A stretch of DNA of 63,371 nucleotides, the filler included, from Octopus bimaculoides (lineage: Eukaryota): NCBI RefSeq assembly GCF_001194135.2. It is 4 parts of 4 records of this genome, joined end to end, with 100 filler letters (N's around TTAATTAATTAA, not from the genome) between each part and the next. Parts side by side here need not be neighbours in the genome. Positions count along the whole stretch, not along the records: positions 1 to 26,570 come from NC_068982.1; positions 26,671 to 54,216 come from NC_068996.1; 2 more parts are not named here. One strand, written 5' to 3'. The notes below the pieces were generated by a model that was given only the letters and a program-made list of their open reading frames with translations, was not told where the DNA came from and searched no databases. A program made the translations under genes and the position numbers. How positions within the stretch are numbered: position 1 is the stretch's first letter; each line of letters starts with the position of its first letter. Positions 14,332 through 27,170 of the stretch are shown one piece after another.

Positions 14332-14616
14332 NNNNNNNNNNNNNNNNNNNNNNNNNNNNNNNNNNNNNNNNNNNNNNNNNNNNNNNNNNNNNNNNNNNNN
14401 NNNNNNNNNNNNNNNNNNNNNNNNNNNNNNNNNNNNNNNNNNNNNNNNNNNNNNNNNNNNNNNNNNNNNNNNNATATATATATATATATATATATATATA
14501 TAACAGGCTTCTTCAGTTTCCGTCTACCAAAACCCCAAGGTTCCACATAGAGGGACTGAATCCAGAACCATGTGGTTGGGAGGCATGCTTCTTATCACAC
14601 AGTCACACCTGCGCCT
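14088..14616 (-). mobile_element. SINE type A with internal deletion and expanded internal microsatellite containing an N gap
   Basis: The 5' head at 14510-14616 and the 3' body at 14088-14250 both match the reverse complement of the type A element (compare 33613-33915). CA/TA repeats and the gap lie between them. Confidence 0.85.
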
Positions 14617-14716
14617 ACTGAGTATAAATTTGGTGGGGTGTCCTTTTGTTTTTGATACAGTAGTTGTTATAGTGGCTACTATGTTTATTATGATGTTGGT
14701 AATGATGGCTAATCTT

Positions 14717-14773
<57 letters not shown>
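14717..14773. repeat. (GTA)19 microsatellite
   Basis: Visible directly, embedded in a degenerate GAT/GGT/GTA trinucleotide region. Confidence 0.97.
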
Positions 14774-15991
14774 ATGGTGATGATGATGATAATAGTAGCT
14801 GTTGCCGTTATTGAACTAACATAATTATTTAAGAAGTTAGATCGTAGAGAAAGGGTCTTTTGACGAACATTAAGGATTCATTAGCACATGTTTAGTTCCT
14901 AATTTCCTGAAGTTAAATATGTAAGAGGCAAATAGCTCTTCACTTTAGACACTTTGGGTACTTCTTTACCGTAACAATATATATATATAGACCATGTAAT
15001 AAAATGCTGCTGATGAATTTGAGTTGATGTTCCTTCTGCTACTGGTCCAACGGTTACCCCCATGAAAGCCCTGCACCTTAGATGTACAAAATTGTGGAAA
15101 TGATGACATTCTATGTATTAATGTTGAGAGACGCCGCAAAGAAAATATTTATATAGATTATGTTAAGGTAGTTTATCGTCCATCAGCAGAAAGATAATCT
15201 CTCACACAAACACTTATGCAAACTCATACCAGAGTGCATAAACACATAAAGAAAAAAAGCCAATAAATGTGTGTGCACATGGTATGCTGATATACGTGCA
15301 TACATACATTCATACATTCGAGCACCTCCTGATATTCCCCTCAGACAAGCAAAGGAGTTGCTACTCAGTTGTCTAATTTGTAAAGATATCAGCTAAATAT
15401 TCTTCAAATCACATGCATCTGTCTCAAAACAAAAAATAGAGGTCACATTGAATAATGTAGCCTTTGGTTCATTATTGGAACACCCATGGTAATAGCCCTC
15501 CGGGAAATGTTGAACTACATTACAATAAAAACAAACCACCACATGTGCTTATGTCTATTTGGACAATACTATACGCATTCAAAACACTACAAACACCTCT
15601 CTGCTTGGTACGAAAAAGTACACGCAAAAAGGGCTAAACCCGCTAATCGATTCCATCCCTATACCAAGCTGCGATAGAGTTTAATGTCACAGCTAGATTG
15701 CATACATTTAGAGAATATACTATATATATAATTAATCATAGCATATTCGTTTGTGTGTACATGTACGTGCACATGTGTATGTATGTATTGATGCTAGTGT
15801 ATGTCAATGAACATGTAGTTGAGTAAAATAATATGGATATCATCTGTATCAAACTTGTACAAGAGCACTGGTTTTCAGCTATAAATATGACATATGGTGA
15901 TTATGTGTGCGTGTGTGTATGTATGTATGTATGTATAGTATAGAACATATTTTCCTCTCTGAGTCGAATTTTATGCCACAGTAACACTTTA

Positions 15992-16033
<42 letters not shown>

Positions 16034-16466
16034 GACGGTTTACGGTCATGTTACTATCTTACTTTGTGGCACACATGGAAGAAGCAATTTAACTCATGTT
16101 CCAAAATATATCGGGTCGAACCTCTAATATGTCTATAATCGCAATTAGTACTCGTTTCTCGATTTTTTCCCCACATGTACATGTCATATCACTACTAATC
16201 ACTACATCTCAGTTTGTAATGGTGAACACTTTATAAGTTATCCATGTAAGTCGATTTTTCGCACCATAGTATGGTTTTCGAAATTCATACACTTCTATCT
16301 TTAATGCTGTGCACGGTCTCTGTTACATAAACTAATACTGGGCATCGAGTTGTATTACCATTAGGGTCTTAAGGAGCATATAGACATACATACATATATA
16401 ACTGTAATTTTATTATTACATAGTGTAATTATATACATACATACACATGTACACATATATGTATAC

Positions 16467-16511
<45 letters not shown>

Positions 16512-17708
16512 NNNNNNNNNNNNNNNNNNNNNNNNNNNNNNNNNNNNNNNNNNNNNNNNNNNNNNNNNNNNNNNNNNNNNNNNNNNNNNNNNNNNNNNNN
16601 NNNNNNNNNNNNNNNNNNNNNNNNNNNNNNNNNNNNNNNNNNNNNNNNNNNNNNNNNNNNNNNNNNNNNNNNNNNNNNNNNNNNNNNNNNNNNNNNNNNN
16701 NNNNNNNNNNNNNNNNNNNNNNNNNNNNNNNNNNNNNNNNNNNNNNNNNNNNNNNNNNNNNNNNNNNNNNNNNNNNNNNNNNNNNNNNNNNNNNNNNNNN
16801 NNNNNNNNNNNNNNNNNNNNNNNNNNNNNNNNNNNNNNNNNNNNNNNNNNNNNNNNNNNNNNNNNNNNNNNNNNNNNNNNNNNNNNNNNNNNNNNNNNNN
16901 NNNNNNNNNNNNNNNNNNNNNNNNNNNNTATATATATATATATATATGGCGGGGGCAGAATTTGCTCATCAGAAACTATACTATACAGAAATTATACTCC
17001 TCAGAAACTCATGTATAACATAATAATATTAGCAAGAACATTGAAAAAAAATGCTCTTGCTAATATTATCATGTTACACATGCGTTTCTGATGAGTATAA
17101 TTTTTATGTTTCATCTGGGTTTTAATATTTTCAAAAAAAAAATATTATATTCCAGTACTTTCCACATAAACAGACAGCCTTCCAATAAATAAATAATATC
17201 GGGTGAAAAGAAGCGGCAATTTTTTGTAATTTCCTACAAATAAATAGTTAATTAATTAGTTCTTAACATTGTGATGTATTTTGTAGACTGTTTTATAATT
17301 GAACGTATTTATTCTGCAAGAATTCAAATAACTTACTATTCAGGCATGCCGTCGTGTATAGATAAATCTAGATTCGTTAGTTTCGCATTAATTATCCCTA
17401 GACAAGCGAAATCCCTAGACATATATATCTTCTTTGACAAGTGGAGGTTATATTCAATGTAGCAATGATTTTGGTTAGTTTCTCAAATTATTTACTCTTA
17501 TGTTATTTCTCAGTAAGATATCCTCTCTAACTTTTTTTTTTTAGTTTATCTGTATTTTTTCAGGAATTTTCCAAAATTTATTCATTCTTATATGTTTCAT
17601 GGTTTGTTAGATCGCACGAATGGATCGTCTTTGTTACATGTATTTTTGCATGCGTGAATACATGTTGGTATGAATAGGTGCTTGTAAATGTGTGTAACGT
17701 GTTCCTGT

Positions 17709-18092
17709 GGAGGCGCAATGGCCCAGTGGTTAAGGCAGTGGACTCGCGGTCATAGGATCGCGAGTTCGATTCCCAGACCGGGAGTTGTGAGTGTTTATTG
17801 AGCGAAAACACCTAAAGCTCCACGAGGCTCCGGCAGGGGATTATGGCGAACCCTGCTGTACTCTTTCACCACAACTTTCTCTCACTCTTTCTTCCTGTTT
17901 CTGTTGTACCTGTATTTCAAAGGGTCAGCCTTGTCACACTGTGTCACGCTGAATATCCCCGAGAACTACGTTAAGGGTACACGTGTCTGTGGAGTGCTCA
18001 GCCACTTGCACGTTAACTTCACGAGCAGGCTGTTCCGTTGATCGGATCAACTAGAACCCTCGACGTCGCAAGCGACGGAGTGCCAACAAAAA
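17709..18092 (+). mobile_element. Full-length tRNA-derived SINE (type C tail)
   Basis: Head ggaggcgcaa-TGGCCCAGTGG (A-box 17719-17729) and GAGTTCGATTCC (B-box 17762-17773). About 380 bp long, ending ccaacaaaaa. CpGs are retained. Confidence 0.92.
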
Positions 18093-20229
18093 CATGTGTT
18101 CCGTATGAGTGTATTTATGCCCTTACGCGTTTTTACCTTGTAGATATATTATATTTTCCGAGTTGCTTTGGTTTCTTTCTCATCTTAAAATTTAAAATTT
18201 TAATTACATCGTTGCTCATTATGATTTGCTTTATAGATAGCTACCGTTTGCAGCTTGTCCGGAACTCATAAATATTTAGCAATTATAGACAATAGACAAT
18301 GGTTATATTGAGCTTTCCTGAGTTAGATAATTCAATTATATTTCTTATATGTTCAATAATTAGTTTTTTTAATAGCGCCTCATTTCAAAACGATTGATTT
18401 TTCTTTAAAGTTTTGCAATAAGTCGTTTTTGATAAAAACTGGAATATCCATCCGACGAGGATATGCATTAATTAATTCGGAACTGAGATGACAGAAAGAT
18501 AATAATGTATAAATACCCAGAAACCCGGGTCCGTGCGTATAATGTTTAAAAAATATTATTAATTCGAGTTTATTTGCCTTCACATCTTATGAATTATCTA
18601 TTTGCAGGTTTCGAGGTTGAATTTACTTCGTATTTCAATTGTCTCCTTTTTAACTGAATTCCTATGAACAAGGTAACATTCATCACATAATTACAAAGTG
18701 ATTTTTGTGACAAAGATTGTCATTTCCTTCATAGATGAATTTTATGTATGATATTCGAAGCGTTTTTATAACCACAAATAGTGGGACGAACATCACAGGA
18801 TATGGTTATGGACGAGGGAAGTATTGACTGACACATTTTCTTCATTATGGAAAAGTATTCCTTTCTATATTTTATTTCATCAGTCAAAAGTTACATTTAT
18901 CTAATGGGACAAAAGTTATCGCACTTGGAGTTGAAAATGACTCCTCATTAAAACAGATCATTTTCTTTATTTTTACAAAAGCGCTTCATCAAATCAAAAC
19001 GCTTCATAAAAAACGCTTCATCAAAAAAGCTACTTCAAATCAGTATTTTCTCTCCATAACCAGAAAAGAGCTAACGAGATTAAGATAGTAGGATACAGTA
19101 TTACTAGATACATATTATATTTGAAAGTAAGGCGAGATGGTTACAGTCAGAACGCCTTTGCTCATAGGTCATAAATATTGGTGCTTGGATGTTTCAACTG
19201 TGTAACTATTTTCCAATTATCTAGTCAACTGTTGTGACTCTCATGAAAAACATTCAACAATTGTACTTAGTTCCGTCATAATGAAGTAATTTGATAGGTT
19301 TAAGTTGCTTGTCTATATAGCATCCATTGTTCCAGTTATACTTAACTACCTCTAATTTTATCGTGTGTAATAACTCACATCGAGCCAAGGTAAACTTTCC
19401 GTATGTACATTGAAACTGACCACATTGGCATGTTGTCTCAAATATTCCGACCTTTTTACTTCTTCCCTCACCGTGCTAACGGTTACCAATTTTAGAATCT
19501 GGGCTTGAGCATTTCATTAAACAAGTGATTCAAAAAACTCTTTGTTAAATTACACAATCACTTCTCTTCATTGGTTAGTCTAAGTGCTGGAGTACAAAAT
19601 GTAGGTTTGCATTAAGTCCCCCTAATCGACAAAACAGATATTAACCACGAACGTTTTATTAGTCTTTATCCAGTTCATTTTCTAAAACTTCAATCGGGTT
19701 TAAGAAGAGAACCGTTATTCATAAGTTAAACAGTAAACCAAACTGACTACTGCCCTGAACTGACATATTTTCAATCAGCATTAGAGAAAGTAAAGTAATC
19801 CATCAACTTTATTGTTAGCGCTGAAATAAGTTTAGTATCTATCGGTTGTTAACGTTATATGAGTGTGTGGTGCGATGTACTTGTGCTACTTACAGTTCAA
19901 GTTGCTCTCTCTGGAAACTTTAGACAGTAAGCCCTTATTAACGACTTTATTACGACCGTAATTTATAACGTGAATGCCAACTTAATAAAACCTTGTTATT
20001 TATTAATTGTTCAAACTGTTCGCATGGTAAGAGAATTGAAAAAGGACGAGAAGAATCCGATCAATGAAATATAATTTACTTAAAATTGCGTTCCTATCTA
20101 CAGTTCCATAAATATTTTAATGCATGTAGTCGATACCATAATGACAGTTTTGTTCAGTGATAACCTACACTATGAAAAGTTTTAATAAAGCCCAATGTAG
20201 ATATTGTTGACGCAGTGTCTTGAAAACAA

Positions 20230-20270
<41 letters not shown>

Positions 20271-21963
20271 CATGTATTATTTTGTATTTATTGCAAAGCT
20301 CAGTGCGTCACATTTGCACGTAATTTCATCCGAGTGGAAATTATCAGACTACCGAAGATTTCCTGCCCAAGCTGAATATCTCCATAAATATACATACATA
20401 CATACATATATACATACATAAGAATATAAAGAGATCAACAATAGATATAAAGCCACATGCATACAGAGAGAGAGAGAGAGGAAGAGAGTTTCTTCTAATT
20501 TTGAGAAAAATCATATCTTTTAAATAACTGAATTTTCACTGAACAACAGGACCTGGTTTCCTTTTTATTTTATCTTGTTTGCACTTTAATCCTTTGGCGC
20601 GCATCGATTGTTGTAACCTCTTATCAGTATCAATTTCTATCGGGACAGAGAAGTAAAATATCAAGCGATAAAACAAAATTGTCTGAATTGATAAATGAAA
20701 GCAGTTTAAATAAGATATAGTAGATTATGATATGAAAAATTACTACACATTATAATACCCTACCAAAATCCATTATTTCAAATGGAGCGGAAACACAACC
20801 AATTGAATCTTATGAAAAATTCAGTATTGTTTCCGGTTGGATAATTAGCTAATTTCTTCACCTTCCAATAATATAAACATTTCTATTTAATGACCTCCAA
20901 AATAGATTCCACTCAAATCAATTCTCAAGTGATCTATTGAACATCATCACTAAATTAGCGTCTGTGAGAAAAAATTGTCTTTAATTATAATTACTATGAA
21001 AAGAATAGCTCTTGTGATGCGGTTGGTTGAGAATCAGTTCCGGGTACGTTATTCTATATCAAAAGGTAATTTTCTATACTGAGTTCAAGTTCGTTATGGT
21101 CCCTCTTTCAAAAGTCAAAATAAATTCCAGAAATATGGTAAGAGGTCAATTTTTCGTACATGGTACGAAGACATAGAATCATATTTTATCGCCTCAGATG
21201 TATAATTGACGTTGTTTTATTTCTGAACATAGAATATTAAGTCTGTCAGTCTATCGCTTCTCTCTACACTTTACTTAGCAACAAAGCTCTTTGTGGTCGC
21301 TTGTTTTATTGGGAACACAAGGGGAACTTGTCTTAAATCACACGCTAATGTCTTAAAACAGGGTAGATGACATGTATTCAGGATGATATAGACCTGGAGA
21401 CATTATATCTTAAAAAAAAGATAGAATGATTGTGGCTAAAATACCTATTTAAGTAGATCCACTAAATCAATCACAAATTACCAAGGAATAAACGACAACA
21501 CTCTAATATATATATATATANNNNNNNNNNNNNNNNNNNNNNNNNNNNNNNNNNNNNNNNNNNNNNNNNNNNNNNNNNNNNNNNNNNNNNNNNNNNNNNN
21601 NNNNNNNNNNNNNNNNNNNNNNNNNNNNNNNNNNNNNNNNNNNNNNNNNNNNNNNNNNNNNNNNNNNNNNNNNNNNNNNNNNNNNNNNNNNNNNNNNNNN
21701 NNNNNNNNNNNNNNNNNNNNNNNNNNNNNNNNNNNNNNNNNNNNNNNNNNNNNNNNNNNNNNNNNNNNNNNNNNNNNNNNNNNNNNNNNNNNNNNNNNNN
21801 NNNNNNNNNNNNNNNNNNNNNNNNNNNNNNNNNNNNNNNNNNNNNNNNNNNNNNNNNNNNNNNNNNNNNNNNNNNNNNNNNNNNNNNNNNNNNNNNNNNN
21901 NNNNNNNNNNNNNNNNNNNNNNNNNNNNNNNNNNNNNNNNNNNNNNNNNNNNNNNNNNNNNNN

Positions 21964-22175
21964 ATGATCGTAAGATTGTGGTTTCGATTCCTGAACCGGG
22001 TGACGTGTTGTGTTCTTGAGCAAAACACTTCATTTCACGTTGCTCCAGTTCACTCAGCTGGCAAAAATGAGGAACGCTGCGATGGACTGGCGTCCCGTCC
22101 AGCTGGGGAACACATTACGCCATTGAAACCGGGAAACCGGGCCCATGAGCCTGGCTAGGCTTTAAAAGGGCGCAT
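21964..22175 (+). mobile_element. tRNA-derived SINE, 5' truncated by gap, with CORE-like and V/Meta-like segments
   Basis: B-box region tttcgattcc, then ttgtgttcttgagcaaaacactt...ctccagttcactcagctggcaaaaatgag, then ctgcgatggactggcgtcccgtccag. The domain names are from recall of CORE- and V/Meta-SINE consensus and were not verified. Confidence 0.8.
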
Positions 22176-22674
22176 TTATATACATACATACATATTAAGA
22201 TGACATAGCCAATTGCCACAAAGATATCATCGCATTTAATGTGTTTAAAGTAGTTGCTTTCGAGCATTCTTAAGTCTTTTGTGATCTGGTCCTTTGACTC
22301 GCATCATTTTTCCATTTAGAGTCACTTTGTGATTATGATGAAAGTGAACGTGAAAAAGTTTTAATGTGTAATTTCATCAAGATTAAACCAACCAGATATG
22401 GTAATATTTCCAGTCTAGCATTCTGTTGNNNNNNNNNNNNNNNNNNNNNNNNNNNNNNNNNNNNNNNNNNNNNNNNNNNNNNNNNNNNNNNNNNNNNNNN
22501 NNNNNNNNNNNNNNNNNNNNNNNNNNNNNNNNNNNNNNNNNNNNNNNNNNNNNNNNNNNNNNNNNNNNNNNNNNNNNNNNNNNNNNNNNNNNNNNNNNNN
22601 NNNNNNNNNNNNNNNNNNNNNNNNNNNNNNNNNNNNNNNNNNNNNNNNNNNNNNNNNNNNNNNNNNNNNNNNNN

Positions 22675-22688
22675 CGCTCTTCCGATCT
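22675..22688 (+). other. Illumina adapter remnant (CGCTCTTCCGATCT) at contig start
   Basis: Exact 14-nt match to the 3' end of the TruSeq/paired-end adapter, immediately after an N gap. Confidence 0.9.
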
Positions 22689-22970
22689 GTAAATACATAC
22701 ATATATGTTTCTCGGCAAAGCCTCCACCATTACTCAAGGTTAAAGTAGCAGCTCATGAGAAGAAAAATGATCGTTCTGATCAATTTTCGAAATCACGTGA
22801 TAAGGCTTTGTCCACCTATTTCATTCAGCGAGTTTATCTCGAAAGGGAAAGATCGTTTAGCTTGCTGTGCCCGTATCACCTAAACATCATGAAGCTAGTG
22901 CTTTTAGTGGCTTTCAGAGTTAAATTTTGACTCTCATTTCTAGCAATCGCTGGTGTTATTTTGCACCCCC

Positions 22971-23006
<36 letters not shown>

Positions 23007-23797
23007 GATTAAAGGTTTGGCGGTGCAAACTAGAAAATACATATAATCTCTTTATTCATTAGCCTTAAAGCCACATAAGTTTGATAAATGCTATGCATAA
23101 AACTCTAGACTCCTGAGTAACCTATGTAACTTTATAGCTAACAAATAAAGAAATAAACATAATTATATGCATGTTTGTATCAGAAACTTATACGAAAATC
23201 ATAAATTCCCAGCAACCCGAGCTGTGAATCAGTTTAAATTACTTGTGGAAGATTATTTCAATTGATTTCATCAACATTTGCTTTATTATGAAAACAATGG
23301 TTGTCACAACGACACATTTTCTTCCTCCTAATTACGTGTTTGTACGTGCATGTGTGCTTGCGCGACGGCGTGCGAATGCGCGTCCATTTGTAATTTACAA
23401 GATAGACTAGAATCAACTCAGATTATATTTACGTATTGTTTTCTATTGTTTCTATCTCATTTCATTTTTATATCATTTAATTTTTCATAAATATGTCGTA
23501 ATATATCCATTATGAATGATGATACTAATAAAAATGCAAAAAATACTGAAAAACTTTTAAATCACGTAGTATAAATGATGTGCGAGTGTGTATACACACA
23601 CACATACACACACTCATTTATATATATATATATATATATCAGTGCGTGTGTGTCTGAGTACATATAACACACGCTTGCGCTCATGCATACACTCATGACT
23701 GCAGACAGACGAACAATATACATGAAGCTCTATTCAACAAACCCGCAACTCTCACCACATAGACTTAAATGTATAGGTTCGGTCTCTCCCGCGGTCA

Positions 23798-23838
<41 letters not shown>

Positions 23839-26344
23839 CCTCTCTCTCTCTTCCCCTCTCTCTCTCACTTCTCTCCCTCACCCTCATTCCCTCTCTTTTT
23901 GTCAAACACTCACACACATACACAGACAACACACACACACACACACACACTGGCAAACACACACACTGACAAACATAAACACATATTCATTGACAGACAC
24001 ACACATACACATGCGCACTGACTCGTACGCACAATTCATACGTTCACGTACGTACGCTTGCATACACACAGATAAATACTTTATGGGCGCACAAGAGAGG
24101 ATTAGCTGAAATACAACATTGTTGAGTAATTTTACTGCATTCTAAATTAGAAGGCAAACTTACGGTATCATTGGCACCAAATTGTTAACTTCCCTCACTA
24201 CTTATGCAAGCACATACCTCATAGATCTGACTCTTGTCCAGACTTTTCTATTCTGTTACCATTCTAACAGTTTAATGATTAATAAATAACAAATCCTTAT
24301 GAATTTGACATTCAAGTAATAAATTACAGCCATGACAACAACGTTATTAAGAGTTTTTCTGACAAGAGGTTGTAGAGAAAAAAAAAATTTTGAATGCAGC
24401 TATAATGTGTATACATGTGTGTGTATTTGAATGCATGCGTGTAAACACATCCACAAACACATAGTTAAAATTAGGCGTCTTTATATGCATAAATGAACAA
24501 ACACTGATTGAATGAAGGACTCAGTAAATTGTGTCGAGAGTAATATTTACTATAATTTTATTGACTGTAACTTCGAAGTTTCGCCGGATCATAGCTAATT
24601 CATACTGGCTGAGCTCTGACGGATAAAATTGCAAAGTTGGCTCGGGAACATGTAAACGCAAGGGCTTGGATTACCATGTGTAAAACGATAATGCATATAG
24701 TTCGACAATGATTAGTAGAATATCATCAGATGCTATATTCTTTAGTAATGAAATCTATGGATTTAAACCGAGTAGATAATGTATATACATCAGTTTATCC
24801 TTGTTCCGTCTTACAGGAAATCACACACGTAAATACTTTTGACTGCAGGTTGAAGACAATTGTATAACAAAATCAGACTGATCGTTTGTCTTATTTTATT
24901 TAGTCCTTTTGTGTTGTGAATTAAAATAGCGCCTGGATCGACTTCATCTCTTCTTTTTCTATAAAATATGTCCTTCTATAAAATATATCCTAAGTATTTA
25001 AATGCAATTAAGGTTTACGATATGATTTTTACCCACTTCTTTTTTTTTTTTTTCTTACTTTCTGATGGAGCTAATTAAAAGTCACCCTCCTGATTAGCCT
25101 TTGCTTTGTGTTGCACACATTCAGCAACGAATCTTTTGTGACACTCCTCTAAGTACGTGTCTAGCTGAGCCGTAATTTGTAATTCTAAACTGAACTTCAC
25201 TTTCTGGTGTGATATGAAAACAATTTACAGTTTCTTTGTTACAATATATATGGCTGTAGTGCAAAAAGTACGATTCTTGTTTGTCTCAGTTAAAGCCTTT
25301 CTCTTATTCTGCCAACACAATAAAAGGAAAGTTGCAATTTACTATTTAAATGTCAGAATCCCATCCCTTTCAGATTTATTACGTTTGTGGTTATTTAAAA
25401 GAACTCATTATTATCCAAAAGGTTTTCTTAAGTTTCCATGCAGAAGCTGAACCTGCTTTTAGTAGAATTTTTCAGTTATTCCATACTAACTATAGGCAAT
25501 TATCTTACACGTAAGAAACTACAAATGTACACAATATTTACTTAAAGAAGCTTGAGAATGTAATTAATTGATAATTCAGTTTATCGTACCTTCTAAATAT
25601 AGATCGTATCTAGATACATACAGAGAGAAGGAAGTGGGCAGATTTTGCTAAATGAATATCCTGATTTCTCTGTTTACATCGTTTTAGTTGAATGATTGCA
25701 ACTATAAATGAAAATAAAATAGAAACTAGATTAACGGCGGTTGGCATTTGCAAAATATACAAATCTGCTGTGAATGTTGATTGACAAAAATCAATGTTTT
25801 TCAAGTGCGTCTCCTAGCTACCTGATGCATTTCCTGCGGTGTACTTGATCGCTTACCTGTAAACCGACCTGTTAAACACCAAGCCAACCAACTTGCCTTC
25901 AGTGAAATGCATAGTCAGTAATGTGCTAACCGTTTTCCTGGAATAAGAGCATGGCTGAATGGGTTTAGGAACTTCCCCCATGTTACTGACAGCGATTAAC
26001 AATAATTATTCTAAATATCGATTACATATTACTTCAAGTTACTGTGTATCTCTAAACGCAAACATGCAAGCATAGAACGACAGGCGTCATATTGCATGCT
26101 TATAGTTATATTTAGACTGTAAAAATACGCACATGGTCATCATTATCTACTCATGTATGTACTACTGGTCATATTTGTTCTAAAAAGAGAATCTGACTGA
26201 ATACTTTTTAAGATGTCTGTAAATAGTAAGAGTTCAGAAATTAGGAATTCACTGGTAAGCTAGCTTGTATAGACGTGTTTCATCTGGCTTGCAATGCAAG
26301 ATTTTTCTCACATAAATCGAACGCAAGAAACTATTTTTCTTTTC

Positions 26345-26522
26345 GTGTATCTGTAATTTTATCAGTATTCGCCCCCAGTCCTTTCTTTTTTTAATCTAGT
26401 ACTTATTCTATCGGTGATTTTCGCCGAACTGCAAAGTTACGGCGACATAAACACATCAACACCGGTAGTCAAGTGGTGGTGGGGAACAAACTCAATCACA
26501 AAGACACACACACAGATATGCA

Positions 26523-26570
<48 letters not shown>
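26345..26570 (-). mobile_element. SINE type A 3' half ending in its internal TA microsatellite at scaffold end
   Basis: ctagtacttattctatcggtg...gccgaactgcaaagttacggcgacataaacac is the reverse complement of the 33740-33815 segment. Confidence 0.8.
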
Positions 26571-26670
26571 NNNNNNNNNNNNNNNNNNNNNNNNNNNNNN
26601 NNNNNNNNNNNNNNTTAATTAATTAANNNNNNNNNNNNNNNNNNNNNNNNNNNNNNNNNNNNNNNNNNNN
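26571..26670. other. Artificial scaffold-join linker
   Basis: Exactly 44 N + TTAATTAATTAA (stops in all six frames) + 44 N = 100 bp. The same structure occurs at 54217 and 61361. Confidence 0.97.
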
Positions 26671-26851
26671 CTAAGCTTGGAGAAGGAAGTGTTAATTTTT
26701 ACACTACCCCCAACTTCTAGTGAGAAAGCCACAGAGATCGAACGATATTGGAAATGTTATTTTGTGTGTATGCAGAAAAAATTTACACAGTGTAACAGTT
26801 TCTTTTATTGTCTATAAGAAGACGAACATAGAGGGGAGACGACAATGGACA
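26671..26851 (-). repeat. Inverted copy of 31035-31215 (part of the putative Gypsy LTR)
   Basis: 181 bp, apparently 100% identical in reverse complement. Confirmed by the identical ORF peptides MRKPQRSND...RRQWT at 26720(+) and 31166(-). Confidence 0.95.
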
Positions 26852-27170
26852 TACACACACACACACACACACATTAATAATAGGCAGAAGTTACAGAGTG
26901 ACAATGGCCAAATTCGTGTTTGATAAGCGCCAATGATATATATACATATATGCCGATGATATATATATATACATACATATATGTGTAAAAAAATCTCATC
27001 ACGCAATCGAACCAATGAAATAGCGTCTACCTGGTCGCTCGACACGCTAAAAATAGCAGCCAAAGTATCCCCCTTCTTAAATCACACGCCCATTGTACGT
27101 AATGTCCTAGATTATCCGTAAAAAGACTGTTTACTGAAGACTCGCTTTTCTCGCTTTCATCATCCAGTTC

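Noticed and set aside
17709-17785. tRNA gene
   Set aside because: A and B boxes are present, but the sequence continues into a 300-bp SINE body shared with other copies and lacks a proper acceptor stem and T-run terminator.
18608-18674. Possible internal exon (tttgcAG...aag|GTAACA)
   Set aside because: It has stops in all three frames and no partner exons; such site pairs are expected by chance.
26615-26626. TTAATTAATTAA as a biological palindrome or homeobox site
   Set aside because: It is centred in exactly 44+44 N three times, so it is an assembly linker.
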